DNA from: Syntrophales bacterium
GTDB taxonomy: Bacteria; Desulfobacterota; Syntrophia; Syntrophales; UBA2210
NCBI GenBank assembly: GCA_963666365.2
Contig: CAXXNF010000001.1
Location: forward strand, 544,001-608,000
Direction of reading: 5' to 3'
Length of the DNA stretch: 64,000 bases
Shown: piece after piece, positions 10,883-20,374 of the stretch
Layout: each line of letters starts with the position of its first letter
Numbering within the stretch: the stretch's first letter is position 1
The notes under the pieces: generated by a model
Told to the model about the DNA's origin: nothing
The model's input: only the letters and a program-made list of their open reading frames with translations
The model's database searches: none
Position numbers and translations under genes: made by a program

Positions 10883-10911
10883 TTGTGCTTGAGGGACGAC
10901 TCTGCTACAAA
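10883..10911 (+). promoter_or_regulatory. candidate sigma70 promoter (extended -10) for the small RNA
   Basis: TTGTGC (10883-10888), 17 bp, TACAAA (10906-10911) preceded by TGc. Confidence 0.5.
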
Positions 10912-10930
10912 GCCCGGTTTATCTAGTACA

Positions 10931-11006
10931 GCGGATGGTAGCGGGTCATCCCGTCCTGTCTATACACAGGGTCTGGGGAGCGTCACCTCCCTGGAATACT
11001 GTCCGC
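10931..11006 (+). ncRNA. candidate structured small RNA (four-way junction) antisense to the methylase leader
   Basis: Closing stem 10931-10940/10997-11006 encloses three hairpins; G-U pairs favour the + strand; followed by a U-rich tract. Confidence 0.55.
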
Positions 11007-11137
11007 GTTTTTTTCTTTCTTTTTTTCTATTAGGTTGCTATATTCGGCTTCACTGGACCATCGGGACGTGCGGGTGGCGCTTATACCGATACAGCATCCT
11101 GTTATCCGATTCATGGCCTCCTCTTCTGCCGCCCGCA

Positions 11138-12502
11138 TTACCTCTTGTATGATTTTTCCCGCTTTTTCTTTATTTTCTTTACCGATACACCATCCGGCCT
11201 CGGGATGATCCGTTTTTTTGCGCGGACGGGCCCGCCCGCGGGCATGAATCTCCAGTCGACGCCGGTCGGCAGCCCGACGGTGATTTCTTTGTCCGGCCAG
11301 GCTGCCTCGGCTTCGTCGTCTATTTCGTATTCCTTGCGAATCACCTCGGCCAGGTCGCGGGCATTACCGGTGCGCTGCGTCATTTCGCGCAAGGTTTTCT
11401 CGTCCGGGTTGACGACGATCAGTTCGTAGCGGTCTGTGTTGTACGCCCCGAAGGGGTGCGGCACGGCTTCCGGGTCGCCGCCGTTGCCGAAACAGGGGTG
11501 ATCCGGGGCCTGGTATACGGCGGCCAGCGCGCCGGTTTCACGGTCTCTCAGGGCGAATATCCAGTATACCTCGCCCGATGAGGTGACGTAGGTCTGCTGT
11601 GCGTAGGACGCAAGGGTCATGTCGGACCCGGACGAAGTTTCGCAGTCCTGCCGCAGGTAGATGCGCGTCAGATAGGTGGATCCGATGTCCTCGGCCTCTA
11701 CATGGCGCGCCGTCATGGTTTTCGACACCCAGACCGGGGAGCTTCCGCCCGCCGCCTGTTTGAATTGCGGTTGAAAGCCGTAGGCGCCGCCGGGCAGTGT
11801 CAGATGGGCGCTCTCGCTGCGGGTATCGGTCCCATTCCAGGGGCCGTCGGATATGGACACGCTGCCGGAGCTGGTCTTGAGCGCGCCCTGCGTGATGGCG
11901 TCGTCGATGTCGATGCCGTCAAAATAGGCGCTTCCGGCTACGTCGGTGTCGGTATAGCCGCCGATGAGGATGATTTTGAGGTACCGCGCCGTAGCGGGGA
12001 CGGTGAGCCGTGAGGTGTAGCCCGTGGCCGTGGTGGGGTTCGACGTGCTTGTGTAGAGGTCCTCGCTCGATATTTCCACTTTCGCCGCCGTGTAGTAGGT
12101 GATCCGGACAATGTTTTTCATGCCCGCGGCGGAGGCCCAGGTGATGTAGCGCAGCACATAATCAAGGTTCGGCGATATCTCCAGGTAGCCGCTTGTAAGG
12201 CTGCCGCCGCCGTTTCCCGCGCCGCCCGGATGGGTGAATTTATAGGCCTGTGCGCCGTGCGCCGGGCTTGTGGTTTCTATTGCGCCGGCGCCGCCTGAAT
12301 AAAGCGACTGCGTCCAGTTGTCGGGCACGCCGTCGCTGTCGCTGTCGATCTCGAAGGACCCGTTGGGGACGCCCGCCCCGGCGGATTGTGACATGACCAG
12401 GCTGTAGAGGTAATCGAAATTATCCTTTATTTTTCTAAAGAGAGATTGTTTCCCCGGTTTGCCCGCCGTGGTTTCCGTTGTGGTCAATGCGTTGTATGAC
12501 AT
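11138..12502 (-). CDS. tail fibre / receptor-binding protein with a carbohydrate-binding-like domain
   Basis: Last gene of the tail operon; PNGSFE..DGVPDNW CBM-like start; Gly/Ser/Thr-rich. Confidence 0.6.
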   Translation of the reverse strand: MSYNALTTTETTAGKPGKQSLFRKIKDNFDYLYSLVMSQSAGAGVPNGSFEIDSDSDGVPDNWTQSLYSGGAGAIETTSPAHGAQAYKFTHPGGAGNGGGSLTSGYLEISPNLDYVLRYITWASAAGMKNIVRITYYTAAKVEISSEDLYTSTSNPTTATGYTSRLTVPATARYLKIILIGGYTDTDVAGSAYFDGIDIDDAITQGALKTSSGSVSISDGPWNGTDTRSESAHLTLPGGAYGFQPQFKQAAGGSSPVWVSKTMTARHVEAEDIGSTYLTRIYLRQDCETSSGSDMTLASYAQQTYVTSSGEVYWIFALRDRETGALAAVYQAPDHPCFGNGGDPEAVPHPFGAYNTDRYELIVVNPDEKTLREMTQRTGNARDLAEVIRKEYEIDDEAEAAWPDKEITVGLPTGVDWRFMPAGGPVRAKKRIIPRPDGVSVKKIKKKREKSYKR

Positions 12503-12511
12503 GGTATGCTC

Positions 12512-14284
12512 CTAATAAATATCGTATCCATCGGTTTCATCCGGCATGTCGCCGGAGTCTGCGGTAATGTAGCCGTATTCCCTGTCGTCTTCGTCGGCGT
12601 CGTCGTAGTCCGGGGCGTCGTCCGGGGCGATGATGAATATTTTTCGCTTCGGCAGTTCCATGAGGGACAGGGTGATGACGCCCTTTTGTTCCTCCCTTTT
12701 CACGACTTGATACCGGCCCAGGGTGACGGGGTTGCCTTCTCTGTCCTCCAGCTCGTCGGTGGTCAGGCGCACATAGCCGCCGGTCCTTATTTCGCTGTCT
12801 TTGATTTCCACGGCTACTTTGACGATGGGGTGGGCTTCCCGCTGGTTTATGACGCGCCGTGCCGCCAGATCGCCGATAAAGCCGGTCATTTCCTCTTCTG
12901 AATGCTCGCCTGTTCTCATCCACCGGCAATAGAGGATCTTTTCCGCTTCCTCGCCGTAGGCGTTCTCTCCTTCGCTTTCCGCGTCGACGGCAATGTCAAT
13001 GCGCTTGTAGTTCGTTTCGTCGTCCACGTCCTCGATGACGCTTCGCCGGTCCCAGTAGACGACGACGCGGGAGATCCTGCTGTCCGGGTTGAGATCCGCC
13101 GCCCCGGAGGCGTGGACGTTATTCGCCTCGTCGGTCAGCGCGGTATATGCCCGATCGCCGCGGTTGGGGGTGTTCCGGGCGATGGTGATTTTGAGATCCT
13201 CTGCTACCCAGGTCTTGCAGTCCAGTAGGTCGATCAATTCAAAATAGAGCTCGGAGAGCTTCGTCGGTTCGCTGATCATCGCCGATATATCGATTTCGCC
13301 GCCGGGCCAGTCCTTTGCGTCGTCGAAGGCGTCCGTATCGATATACTCGGTGTCGATCTCTGCATCGGCCTGGAGCATTTCCGTGTTTAGGATGTCGAGA
13401 GGATTGTCCCAGTCGTAATACCTGCATGGCTGGACTTTGTCGTTTTCGTCGTGGCTGTCCGCCTCGGTGCCAAACGCGCCCCGCGTGAGACTGGACAGGA
13501 CGCCCGTGGTGTCGTTTTTCGCGCCGTAATACATGATCTCGTCGCCGATACGGACATAGCCGGTCTCGTCGAGATCGGACGCGTCAGAGACGGTGAGGGC
13601 GGTGTCGTCGGCGTCTATGGCGGCTACCAGCTTTAAATCGACTTTTGCCGGGACGTAGATTTTTGACAGGTCTTTCAGGAGGTCCACGGCCTCGACGGAG
13701 ACTTTTCCCTTCCCCAGGGTGATCGTGTCGATTTTCATGTAATAGCGCTGCTGAAAATTGCCCTCGGCCATGCCGAGAAAGCCCTCGTATATTTCCAGGG
13801 GACGGCCTTTGTAGTGCGGATTGCGGGCCAGGAGCTTTTTCCAGAATGTTCCCTGGACGCCGGACCGCTCATCAACGTAGGGATCGACGCCGATGTCCCC
13901 GTCCTCTTCGTCGGCAAATTCGACGGTGACGCGGGCGTTGACGGTCAGGCTGTCCTTGATCTCCGTGGCCAAGGGCTTGATGGCAAGCACGTAGGGGCGC
14001 TCGCCCTCGCTGAAGGGCAGTGGAGTGTTAGTGGAGGTGAATTTGTACTCCTTGGTACCGCGGGAGTAGTGGTCTTTGTCCTTGCAGGTGCGGTAGGTGT
14101 TGTAGCAGGGCGCGCCTGTGGCGGCGCAGGGGGCCTCGCCGAAGGTGTGCCCGCAGTAATCGAGCGTCAGCACGACAAGGGACACCGGCGTCCGGGACAG
14201 GCTGTCCCGGTAGTAGTCATATTCGATGACTCCCCAGGGGATTGCGCCCCAGGGGAAGTCGCCCCAGGCCGATGTGGTCATCAA
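12512..14284 (-). CDS. tail tip / hub protein
   Basis: 590 aa, downstream of the TMP and Dit-like genes; Cys-rich N-terminus (CGHTFG..C..C.NTY.TC). Confidence 0.55.
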   Translation of the reverse strand: MMTTSAWGDFPWGAIPWGVIEYDYYRDSLSRTPVSLVVLTLDYCGHTFGEAPCAATGAPCYNTYRTCKDKDHYSRGTKEYKFTSTNTPLPFSEGERPYVLAIKPLATEIKDSLTVNARVTVEFADEEDGDIGVDPYVDERSGVQGTFWKKLLARNPHYKGRPLEIYEGFLGMAEGNFQQRYYMKIDTITLGKGKVSVEAVDLLKDLSKIYVPAKVDLKLVAAIDADDTALTVSDASDLDETGYVRIGDEIMYYGAKNDTTGVLSSLTRGAFGTEADSHDENDKVQPCRYYDWDNPLDILNTEMLQADAEIDTEYIDTDAFDDAKDWPGGEIDISAMISEPTKLSELYFELIDLLDCKTWVAEDLKITIARNTPNRGDRAYTALTDEANNVHASGAADLNPDSRISRVVVYWDRRSVIEDVDDETNYKRIDIAVDAESEGENAYGEEAEKILYCRWMRTGEHSEEEMTGFIGDLAARRVINQREAHPIVKVAVEIKDSEIRTGGYVRLTTDELEDREGNPVTLGRYQVVKREEQKGVITLSLMELPKRKIFIIAPDDAPDYDDADEDDREYGYITADSGDMPDETDGYDIY

Positions 14285-15045
14285 TAGCCTCGTGACGCAA
14301 GGAATTCAGACGTTATAAGATACTCTCCATACCCGTACCCGTAATTTTCTGTCGGCGTCGTGACATAGTCGGATTCGGCGAAAGAACCGGTACATGATTT
14401 ATTACTCAAAGTTCCATTTATCTCTGTCTTTTGCATGGACACAACCGCCAGGTTTATTGCTTTGAAATGATATACGCCCCTGGTCAACATGCACTGGCGG
14501 AATATTATGCTGCCGCTCTGGTCCGCAGTCGTGTGATATACGTCATTGATAAAAGCCGTTGCCGAGTAATAGATATGACACTTGTTGAATATGGCGTCCT
14601 GCGCTCCGGAAAGCCGTATCACTCCCTTGCCGTCCCAGGAATAATTGTAAAACAGTTTTATATTTTCAAAGATTCCCGACGCGCCGTTGGCAAGCCACAA
14701 CAACGCGCCGAGGCTTGATTCAGTTGTGAGCGATAGTACCGTATCTTCAGGAGATTCGCCCATGCCTCGCACAAAGATTTTCTTGCTGCCTAAAGAAACG
14801 GAATTGTTGGTCAGGTCGTGATTCCCGTAAACAAGAATCATGTCGCTGTCACCTGCCGCGTCCCATGCGGATTTGAAGTTTTCATAATCTTTTCCCGATC
14901 CTGCGGTGATGATGTTGCCGCTCCACCCGTCAGGGCCGGGCGCGCTTCCCATTCCGTTCTCAACGCCCAGGATCTTGGCGATTTTCCCGGTTTCCACCCC
15001 GCATATCTTTGCAGGCGTTATGCCCAGTATCTTAACTATGCTCAT
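14281..15045 (-). CDS. putative adhesin / receptor-binding protein
   Basis: N-terminal KI(L/C)G(I/V) repeats; AT-rich C-terminal region resembling a beta-helix. Confidence 0.5.
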   Translation of the reverse strand: MSIVKILGITPAKICGVETGKIAKILGVENGMGSAPGPDGWSGNIITAGSGKDYENFKSAWDAAGDSDMILVYGNHDLTNNSVSLGSKKIFVRGMGESPEDTVLSLTTESSLGALLWLANGASGIFENIKLFYNYSWDGKGVIRLSGAQDAIFNKCHIYYSATAFINDVYHTTADQSGSIIFRQCMLTRGVYHFKAINLAVVSMQKTEINGTLSNKSCTGSFAESDYVTTPTENYGYGYGEYLITSEFLASRGY

Positions 15046-15974
15046 TCTTCCGCCTCCGATTCGTACCAGTCCTGCGAAGGGTTGAAGTGGAAAATATCCG
15101 CCGTGTGCGCGTGCCCGGCCACGCGCACAAAGTTTCCGCCTGAAGGTGCTGTTTCAGTCAGGCCGCCAGCGGTGGCCGCGTCGAGAAACAGGGGCGCCCC
15201 TGTGGTCCAGTTCCAGTCGTCGTCCCGTATATAGGCCCCCGGCATGGCGAAATTGCCGGTACCGTCTGCATCGATGGACGACGACGCGACAACTCTCAGC
15301 ATGCCCTTTGTCGTGGCCTCCGCCGAGGCGTCGGTCTTCCACCATTTGCCGTCGCTTTTAAGATACACAAGCTGCCCGAAGGACAGCGCCTCGCCCGCCG
15401 TGCCGGGGTGTATCCGTCCCTCAACGGTATGGTCCGTGTCCGGCGTGGGGTCTGCCGTATTGCGCGTGGCTCCCGCGACCAGCGCCTTCATCTCTGCCGC
15501 CGTGACCTCGTTTGCGCCGCCTTCGTCCAGCTTCGTATCGGCGTTCTGTGTGTGCCGCTTCGATACCGCATCAGCAGCGAGTGTGTCATAGACCCATCCG
15601 TCCGTGTCTCCCGCATAGACCAGCGTAACAACCTGCCAGTTTGTACTCAGCACAAGATTGCTCTCGGCGCCGTTGATTTTTTTCCCGTTGCGCGCAAGCG
15701 TCAGGTTATTTGCGGCAAAGCTGCCGGCATAGTCGCGCACCTGGATCACTGTCCCGGCAGCGGGCAGCGCGGGCAGCGTCAATGCAAGCGCCTCACCCGA
15801 CGTGTCTGCCAGGACGCAGGTGAAGGGGCTCAGTGTCGCGGCGGAGGATACGACCTGATATCCCAAAGCCGCGTCGAGCGCGTCGAAGTTGCCGTTGATC
15901 TCGTCCCACCAGTCCTCACCGGCTTCGCCGTATGCCGGTTTGTAGAGCCCCAGCTTTGATGTCTCTGTGCCCAT
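15042..15974 (-). CDS. tail fibre-associated structural protein
   Basis: KLGLYKP N-terminus, LTLPA..AGT.I.V.D..G.F..NNLT..NG.KING fibre motif, C-terminal AGEAL domain. Confidence 0.6.
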   Translation of the reverse strand: MGTETSKLGLYKPAYGEAGEDWWDEINGNFDALDAALGYQVVSSAATLSPFTCVLADTSGEALALTLPALPAAGTVIQVRDYAGSFAANNLTLARNGKKINGAESNLVLSTNWQVVTLVYAGDTDGWVYDTLAADAVSKRHTQNADTKLDEGGANEVTAAEMKALVAGATRNTADPTPDTDHTVEGRIHPGTAGEALSFGQLVYLKSDGKWWKTDASAEATTKGMLRVVASSSIDADGTGNFAMPGAYIRDDDWNWTTGAPLFLDAATAGGLTETAPSGGNFVRVAGHAHTADIFHFNPSQDWYESEAEE

Positions 15975-15975
15975 G

Positions 15976-16746
15976 TTATTGCTCCTTTGCCGCGCGCATG
16001 CTCAGTGTCAGCGACCGGCGGACCGGGTCGTAGGGCATGCTGAGGCGGTAGCCGTCGGCGATCTGCACAAAATAGACCTCCGACGGGTGGTTGGTGATGT
16101 CCCAGGCCCAGAAGAAGGGCCTGCCTGCATGGATGTGGCCGTCCCAGGCGGGGCGGAAGTACGTCTCGACCCAGGCGGGCGAGAGGCGCTGAAATTTTGC
16201 GGTGATTGCGATTTCGACGTAGTCCAGGAGGACGCCCAGGAGATGGCCCTGCTGGCTGTATTTAGACGAGGAGAGGGGCGATTCCGGGGCCGGATCGAAT
16301 TCGCCGGAGGGCCATTTCTCCATCGTGAGCCGCACGCCCAGCATGAGGACGGCTGTTTTCGCCGCTGTGGCGGCGGTGACGATCTTGACGCGCCAGTAGC
16401 GGGCGGAGGCGCTGGTGAAGGTTTTCAGGATCGCCCGGTCGCTCGACGGCTCGAAGGCGGCCAGGCGCCCTGTCCAATCGCTGCCGTTGTCGGACGACTC
16501 GACGGAGACGGATGCGGCGGCTGTCCCTAAATTGTGCCCCCGGATGCCCAGGCAGTCGGCTGATTTCGCCTCGCCGCAGTCCACGGTGTAGTATTTTGTC
16601 CCCGCGGCGGCGAACTGGTGCCAGGTGTAGGTGCGCAGGTCCCGGATATTGGCCGCGTAATAGCCTGATGCCGTGTCCGTAGCGGTGGGCGTGCCGTCTT
16701 CGAAACGGTTTTCATACAGTATGATCGGCTTCGCGTTCCAGGCCAT
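15976..16746 (-). CDS. distal tail (Dit-like) protein
   Basis: Immediately after the TMP; discoidin-like ARYWRV motif. Confidence 0.5.
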   Translation of the reverse strand: MAWNAKPIILYENRFEDGTPTATDTASGYYAANIRDLRTYTWHQFAAAGTKYYTVDCGEAKSADCLGIRGHNLGTAAASVSVESSDNGSDWTGRLAAFEPSSDRAILKTFTSASARYWRVKIVTAATAAKTAVLMLGVRLTMEKWPSGEFDPAPESPLSSSKYSQQGHLLGVLLDYVEIAITAKFQRLSPAWVETYFRPAWDGHIHAGRPFFWAWDITNHPSEVYFVQIADGYRLSMPYDPVRRSLTLSMRAAKEQ

Positions 16747-18575
16747 TAGTGGACTCCGTCCTTGTAGGCTTTTTTTAAATATGGAACCAGGGTCCGGGCG
16801 AATTCGCTGTGGTCAACTACGTCGCCGAAGACCTGCACGGTCAGCTGGATGGGGCTAACGGCCTCTTTCTCCTGCGTCGGGACGGTCTCGGATGCGGGCT
16901 GATAGGGGCCGTAGCCGACGCCGGTGACCGAGGGGCTCGACGCGGATCCGGCTGATCCGGTAGCGAGCTGGCCGATGGCGGTGGCGGCGATGGCGGCCAT
17001 GTTGATGTAGGTGAGGATCATCATGCGAGCATAGGCGGCTTCCGCCAATGCCGGGCCGACGACGGGGATTCCGGCCACGGCGGAGGCGGCGGCGATGGCC
17101 GCTTGGTTCCCTTGTATCCAGGTCATTGCTGCTGCGACGGCCTTGCTGACTAAAAACATGGCGGTATTCTGCTCTTTGGAAAACGAGGCGATGGCACCGA
17201 GGACATTCATGGCGGTCTGGGCATAATTCATTGCCATGCTGAGCTTGGCCTGGTTGAGGATCCGCTCCCGGTCGGCATCCTCGCGGGCCAGTTGCTCTTT
17301 ATAGTCGGCGCGCATGCGGTCGGCCATGTATTCGGCCTCGTTGATGTCGTTGAAAAATTGGGTGCGCATGTCGTATTCGGCCTGCAGGCGTTCCGCCGTC
17401 TGCTGCATCCGCAGGTCTTCCCGCTCCTGCAGCCCTTGATTGTAGATGTCGGCGGCTTCGTTGAGGTCCGCAAAGAACTGCTGCCGCTGGGCCAGTTCTA
17501 CGGCCAGGGCCTTCGCTTTTTCGTCGGCCAGGGCCTGGACCTTGGCGTCGTCGGTTCCGCCGGCGTTTTCGGGGGGTCCTGCGCCGGCGGCCAATTTGTC
17601 GAGATAGCTGGAGGTGCGATCTCCGGACATAAGCATGGTCATATTGGTGCTGGCAAAATCCAGGGCGGCGGTTTTGGCGTCGCGGAAGCCTTTTTCTATA
17701 GTGTTCAGGTGGTCGATAAGCGGCGCCATGACATTGCCCATGCCGGGTATTTTTGCCACCGTCTCCGCGAGCATGCGATAGCCCTTGACGATTGTTTCCA
17801 AAACGATGTAGAAGCCGGCGCCCACCATGCCAAAGGCCATCTGCACCGCTTCGAGCGCCTTCAGGAGGCCGTAGCCGACCATTTCCTTTATATCTCCCCA
17901 CCAGTTGGCGATTTGCTTGAGCTGGCCGCCGTATGTTTCGATTTCTGCTTGCGCCGATCCTCCGAAGCGATCGTTGATCAGTCTGAGCACGGCGGCGAAT
18001 TTTTCTCCCTTGTCTTTCCCTTCGTCGAGCACGATCCCGTAGCGGGACAGCGTTCCCGTTTCGCCGACAAAGGCCTTGCCCACCAGCTCAGATGCCGTGC
18101 GCAGGTCGATCTGCTTGGCAGCGGCCAGGTCCATCGATGCCTTGGTAGCCTGCTGCAGGGCCTCGGTTTCCATGCCGTAGGTTTGGAGGTTGGCCATCGT
18201 GGCGATGGTGACTTCGTCGCCGTAGGTCGTCACTTTCTGGAGCTGCGCGGCGTAATCCTTCAATGCCTGGAAATTTTCGCGGGTGTAGGTCCCGGCGTTT
18301 TTCATGGCCACGCCCAGTTGCATTTCCGCTTTTTCCTGCACCATGTATAGGCTGGTGCATTCTTTGATCATCACCATCGCGCCGGCCAGCGCCGCGGTGA
18401 CGGCCAGCCAGTTTTTCCGCACGCCTTCCCACTGTGATTTCATGCGAGAGGTGGTGGTTTTGCTCTGTTTTTCGACATCCTTCATGCCGCTTTCGGTCTT
18501 GTCGGCGAAATTCTTCACCACGACGCTGCCTTTGTCGTCTACCGAAAGTTCAATCTGGATTTTGCGTTCCGCCAT
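16746..18575 (-). CDS. tape measure protein
   Basis: Ala-rich helical 609-aa protein with hydrophobic segments, after the tail chaperones. Confidence 0.85.
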   Translation of the reverse strand: MAERKIQIELSVDDKGSVVVKNFADKTESGMKDVEKQSKTTTSRMKSQWEGVRKNWLAVTAALAGAMVMIKECTSLYMVQEKAEMQLGVAMKNAGTYTRENFQALKDYAAQLQKVTTYGDEVTIATMANLQTYGMETEALQQATKASMDLAAAKQIDLRTASELVGKAFVGETGTLSRYGIVLDEGKDKGEKFAAVLRLINDRFGGSAQAEIETYGGQLKQIANWWGDIKEMVGYGLLKALEAVQMAFGMVGAGFYIVLETIVKGYRMLAETVAKIPGMGNVMAPLIDHLNTIEKGFRDAKTAALDFASTNMTMLMSGDRTSSYLDKLAAGAGPPENAGGTDDAKVQALADEKAKALAVELAQRQQFFADLNEAADIYNQGLQEREDLRMQQTAERLQAEYDMRTQFFNDINEAEYMADRMRADYKEQLAREDADRERILNQAKLSMAMNYAQTAMNVLGAIASFSKEQNTAMFLVSKAVAAAMTWIQGNQAAIAAASAVAGIPVVGPALAEAAYARMMILTYINMAAIAATAIGQLATGSAGSASSPSVTGVGYGPYQPASETVPTQEKEAVSPIQLTVQVFGDVVDHSEFARTLVPYLKKAYKDGVH

Positions 18576-18870
18576 TGCGCTTTCCCCTGGCCTTTTCTAC
18601 TGCGATTTTTTCCCGCTCTACTTTTATGACGCCGATCAGGCGCCATTCCTCGTCGGTAAGCTCATGCCGGCCGACGGGGCAGCCCGCCTCGATGAGGGCC
18701 AGGAAGTCGATCAGTTTGAAGATGATCGGTTCCTGTATTTCCTGATTCCACGGGCAGATGGGGCATATTTCCTCTTCTACGTATTCTGCCGGGTTTTCGT
18801 CCCAGGCGTCGCAGTCGTCGCAGGCGGGGACGCCGGCCCGCTCATCGAGGAGCCTGACGTCCTGCCTCAG
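18550..18870 (-). CDS. tail assembly chaperone gpT-like extension reached by -1 frameshift
   Basis: 106 open codons in the -1 frame after A AAA AAC with no start of their own (LRQDVRLLDERAGVPACDDC...NPD). Confidence 0.75.
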   Translation of the reverse strand: MRQDVRLLDERAGVPACDDCDAWDENPAEYVEEEICPICPWNQEIQEPIIFKLIDFLALIEAGCPVGRHELTDEEWRLIGVIKVEREKIAVEKARGKRNGGTQNPD

Positions 18871-19190
18871 TTTTTTATATCGATCTCCACCTGCTCGAAC
18901 GTCTGGAAAATTATGTCGTTTTTCCAGTTTGCCGGGATGCTGCCTTTTTTATCGACCGTAATGGGTGTGCCGTCGCGGTCGTCCAGGTTCTCCACCTCCG
19001 TGAGCAGCAGATCGAAAAAGTTAATGCGGGCCGCCAGAGAGCGGTCTTTCATTCGGTTTTTTCGGTCCACCGAGTAGCGCTCGGCCATGAATTCGTTTAA
19101 TTCCTTGTTCGTGGGTTCCCGGAGGGTGAATTTTACCTCCTCGTTGCCCAGTTTTATGATTGCCGTCGTTCCTTCGCTTAATCTGGCCAT
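18867..19190 (-). CDS. tail assembly chaperone (gpG-like)
   Basis: Between tail tube and TMP; ends in slippery A AAA AAC TGA. Confidence 0.8.
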   Translation of the reverse strand: MARLSEGTTAIIKLGNEEVKFTLREPTNKELNEFMAERYSVDRKNRMKDRSLAARINFFDLLLTEVENLDDRDGTPITVDKKGSIPANWKNDIIFQTFEQVEIDIKN

Positions 19191-19205
19191 TTCATATCCT
19201 CTCTA

Positions 19206-20300
19206 TCAGGCCGCCGCCGCCAGGTAGGCCGCCTGGGCGTTATAGACGGCGATCATCGCCGCCGAATTGGTTCCGTCGTCGAGCACGTTGCACTCGAATT
19301 CCTGCGTCAGTGTGTCGCCCACGCCGCCTTTAGGCAGCGGGGCCTTTACGATTTTGAACCGCGGCACGATCAGCGTGACGCCGTAATACATGGCGCCGCC
19401 CGCGGCAATCAGCGAGCCTTTGAGATTAAATTCGATGGCGAGCGGATTCTGGTTGATGAAATAATCCAGCTCCGTCGAACTGTAGAAGAGCAGGGAGAAT
19501 TTCAACTCCGCCGCGCGCCGGCCGTAGTCGTAATCCTGGAAGACGCCGCCGCCGCCGAAGCCGGGCTGCCCCGCGCCGTTGTTGTTCCAGCCGAATTCCA
19601 TCGATTTGAGGCGGGCCTTGATGGCGTCGGGCGTGTCGCTGGAGATGTTCTCGGCGCCCTGTACGAGCGCCGCACCGGCCGCAATGGAGATGTTGTCGCC
19701 CGATTCCATCCACACGGAGCATTTGTTCAATTTTAGCCAGCTTTCGGTTATCGCTGCGGCAAACGCCGTGGAGGACGTTGCCCGCGTTCCTGATCCGACC
19801 AGCGCCGCCTCCAGGGAGACCACCCCGCCCTCCTGCCCGGCGATTTTGAACGAATTGCCCTTGACGCCTTTGTAGGCGTACTGGATCCCGCCGAGCTTCT
19901 GTTCTAATTGGATCGACGGGATGGCCGTGCCGACGGCGACCGGGGTTATGACGTGCTTATAGGCGGTAAGCTCGCCGTCCTGGGTGCTCGTAATGCCGCC
20001 CATACACAACCCAGCGATTCCGGCGACCGAGTTCGGCTTGGCCCTTGCCTCTTTGTAGGCAAAGGTCGCGCCCTGCTCGACGATCTCCTGATCGTAGCCG
20101 TGTTCCTTGCCGGTCACGTCGTCTTTGTCGTTGACGACCGCGTCCGCCCATTCCGTTTCGCAGGAAAACCCCGTCATCGAACAGGCGTTTGACGAATTCA
20201 TGGTCACGCCGGAATCGTATGCCGCGGCTTCGCCGACGGGCGACTCTTTTTGAAACAGGCTCATCATGAGCTGATGATTCCAACCTTTTTTTGTCTGCAT
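19206..20300 (-). CDS. major tail tube protein
   Basis: Position before chaperone and TMP; beta-rich 364 aa; no sheath gene nearby. Confidence 0.7.
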   Translation of the reverse strand: MQTKKGWNHQLMMSLFQKESPVGEAAAYDSGVTMNSSNACSMTGFSCETEWADAVVNDKDDVTGKEHGYDQEIVEQGATFAYKEARAKPNSVAGIAGLCMGGITSTQDGELTAYKHVITPVAVGTAIPSIQLEQKLGGIQYAYKGVKGNSFKIAGQEGGVVSLEAALVGSGTRATSSTAFAAAITESWLKLNKCSVWMESGDNISIAAGAALVQGAENISSDTPDAIKARLKSMEFGWNNNGAGQPGFGGGGVFQDYDYGRRAAELKFSLLFYSSTELDYFINQNPLAIEFNLKGSLIAAGGAMYYGVTLIVPRFKIVKAPLPKGGVGDTLTQEFECNVLDDGTNSAAMIAVYNAQAAYLAAAA

Positions 20301-20374
20301 AGGATTTACCTCCGCGATCTCTTCCTATTGTTTTTTCTTTTCCGTCTCGTTCGGCGCCATATATCCCAGGCGCA

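Noticed and set aside
10931..11006. Cloverleaf as a tRNA gene
   Set aside because: No T-loop TTCRA, no 7-nt anticodon loop, a 10-bp closing stem and no CCA; kept as a candidate ncRNA instead
10983..11114. 43-aa minus-strand ORF (MNRITGCC...) with a GAGGAGG RBS
   Set aside because: No recognisable motif, and its 3' half is the U-tract and stem of the candidate RNA; it could be a leader peptide but is unsupported
11138..15974. Diversity-generating retroelement or invertible tail-fibre segment
   Set aside because: No reverse transcriptase, TR/VR pair, invertase or flanking inverted sites seen
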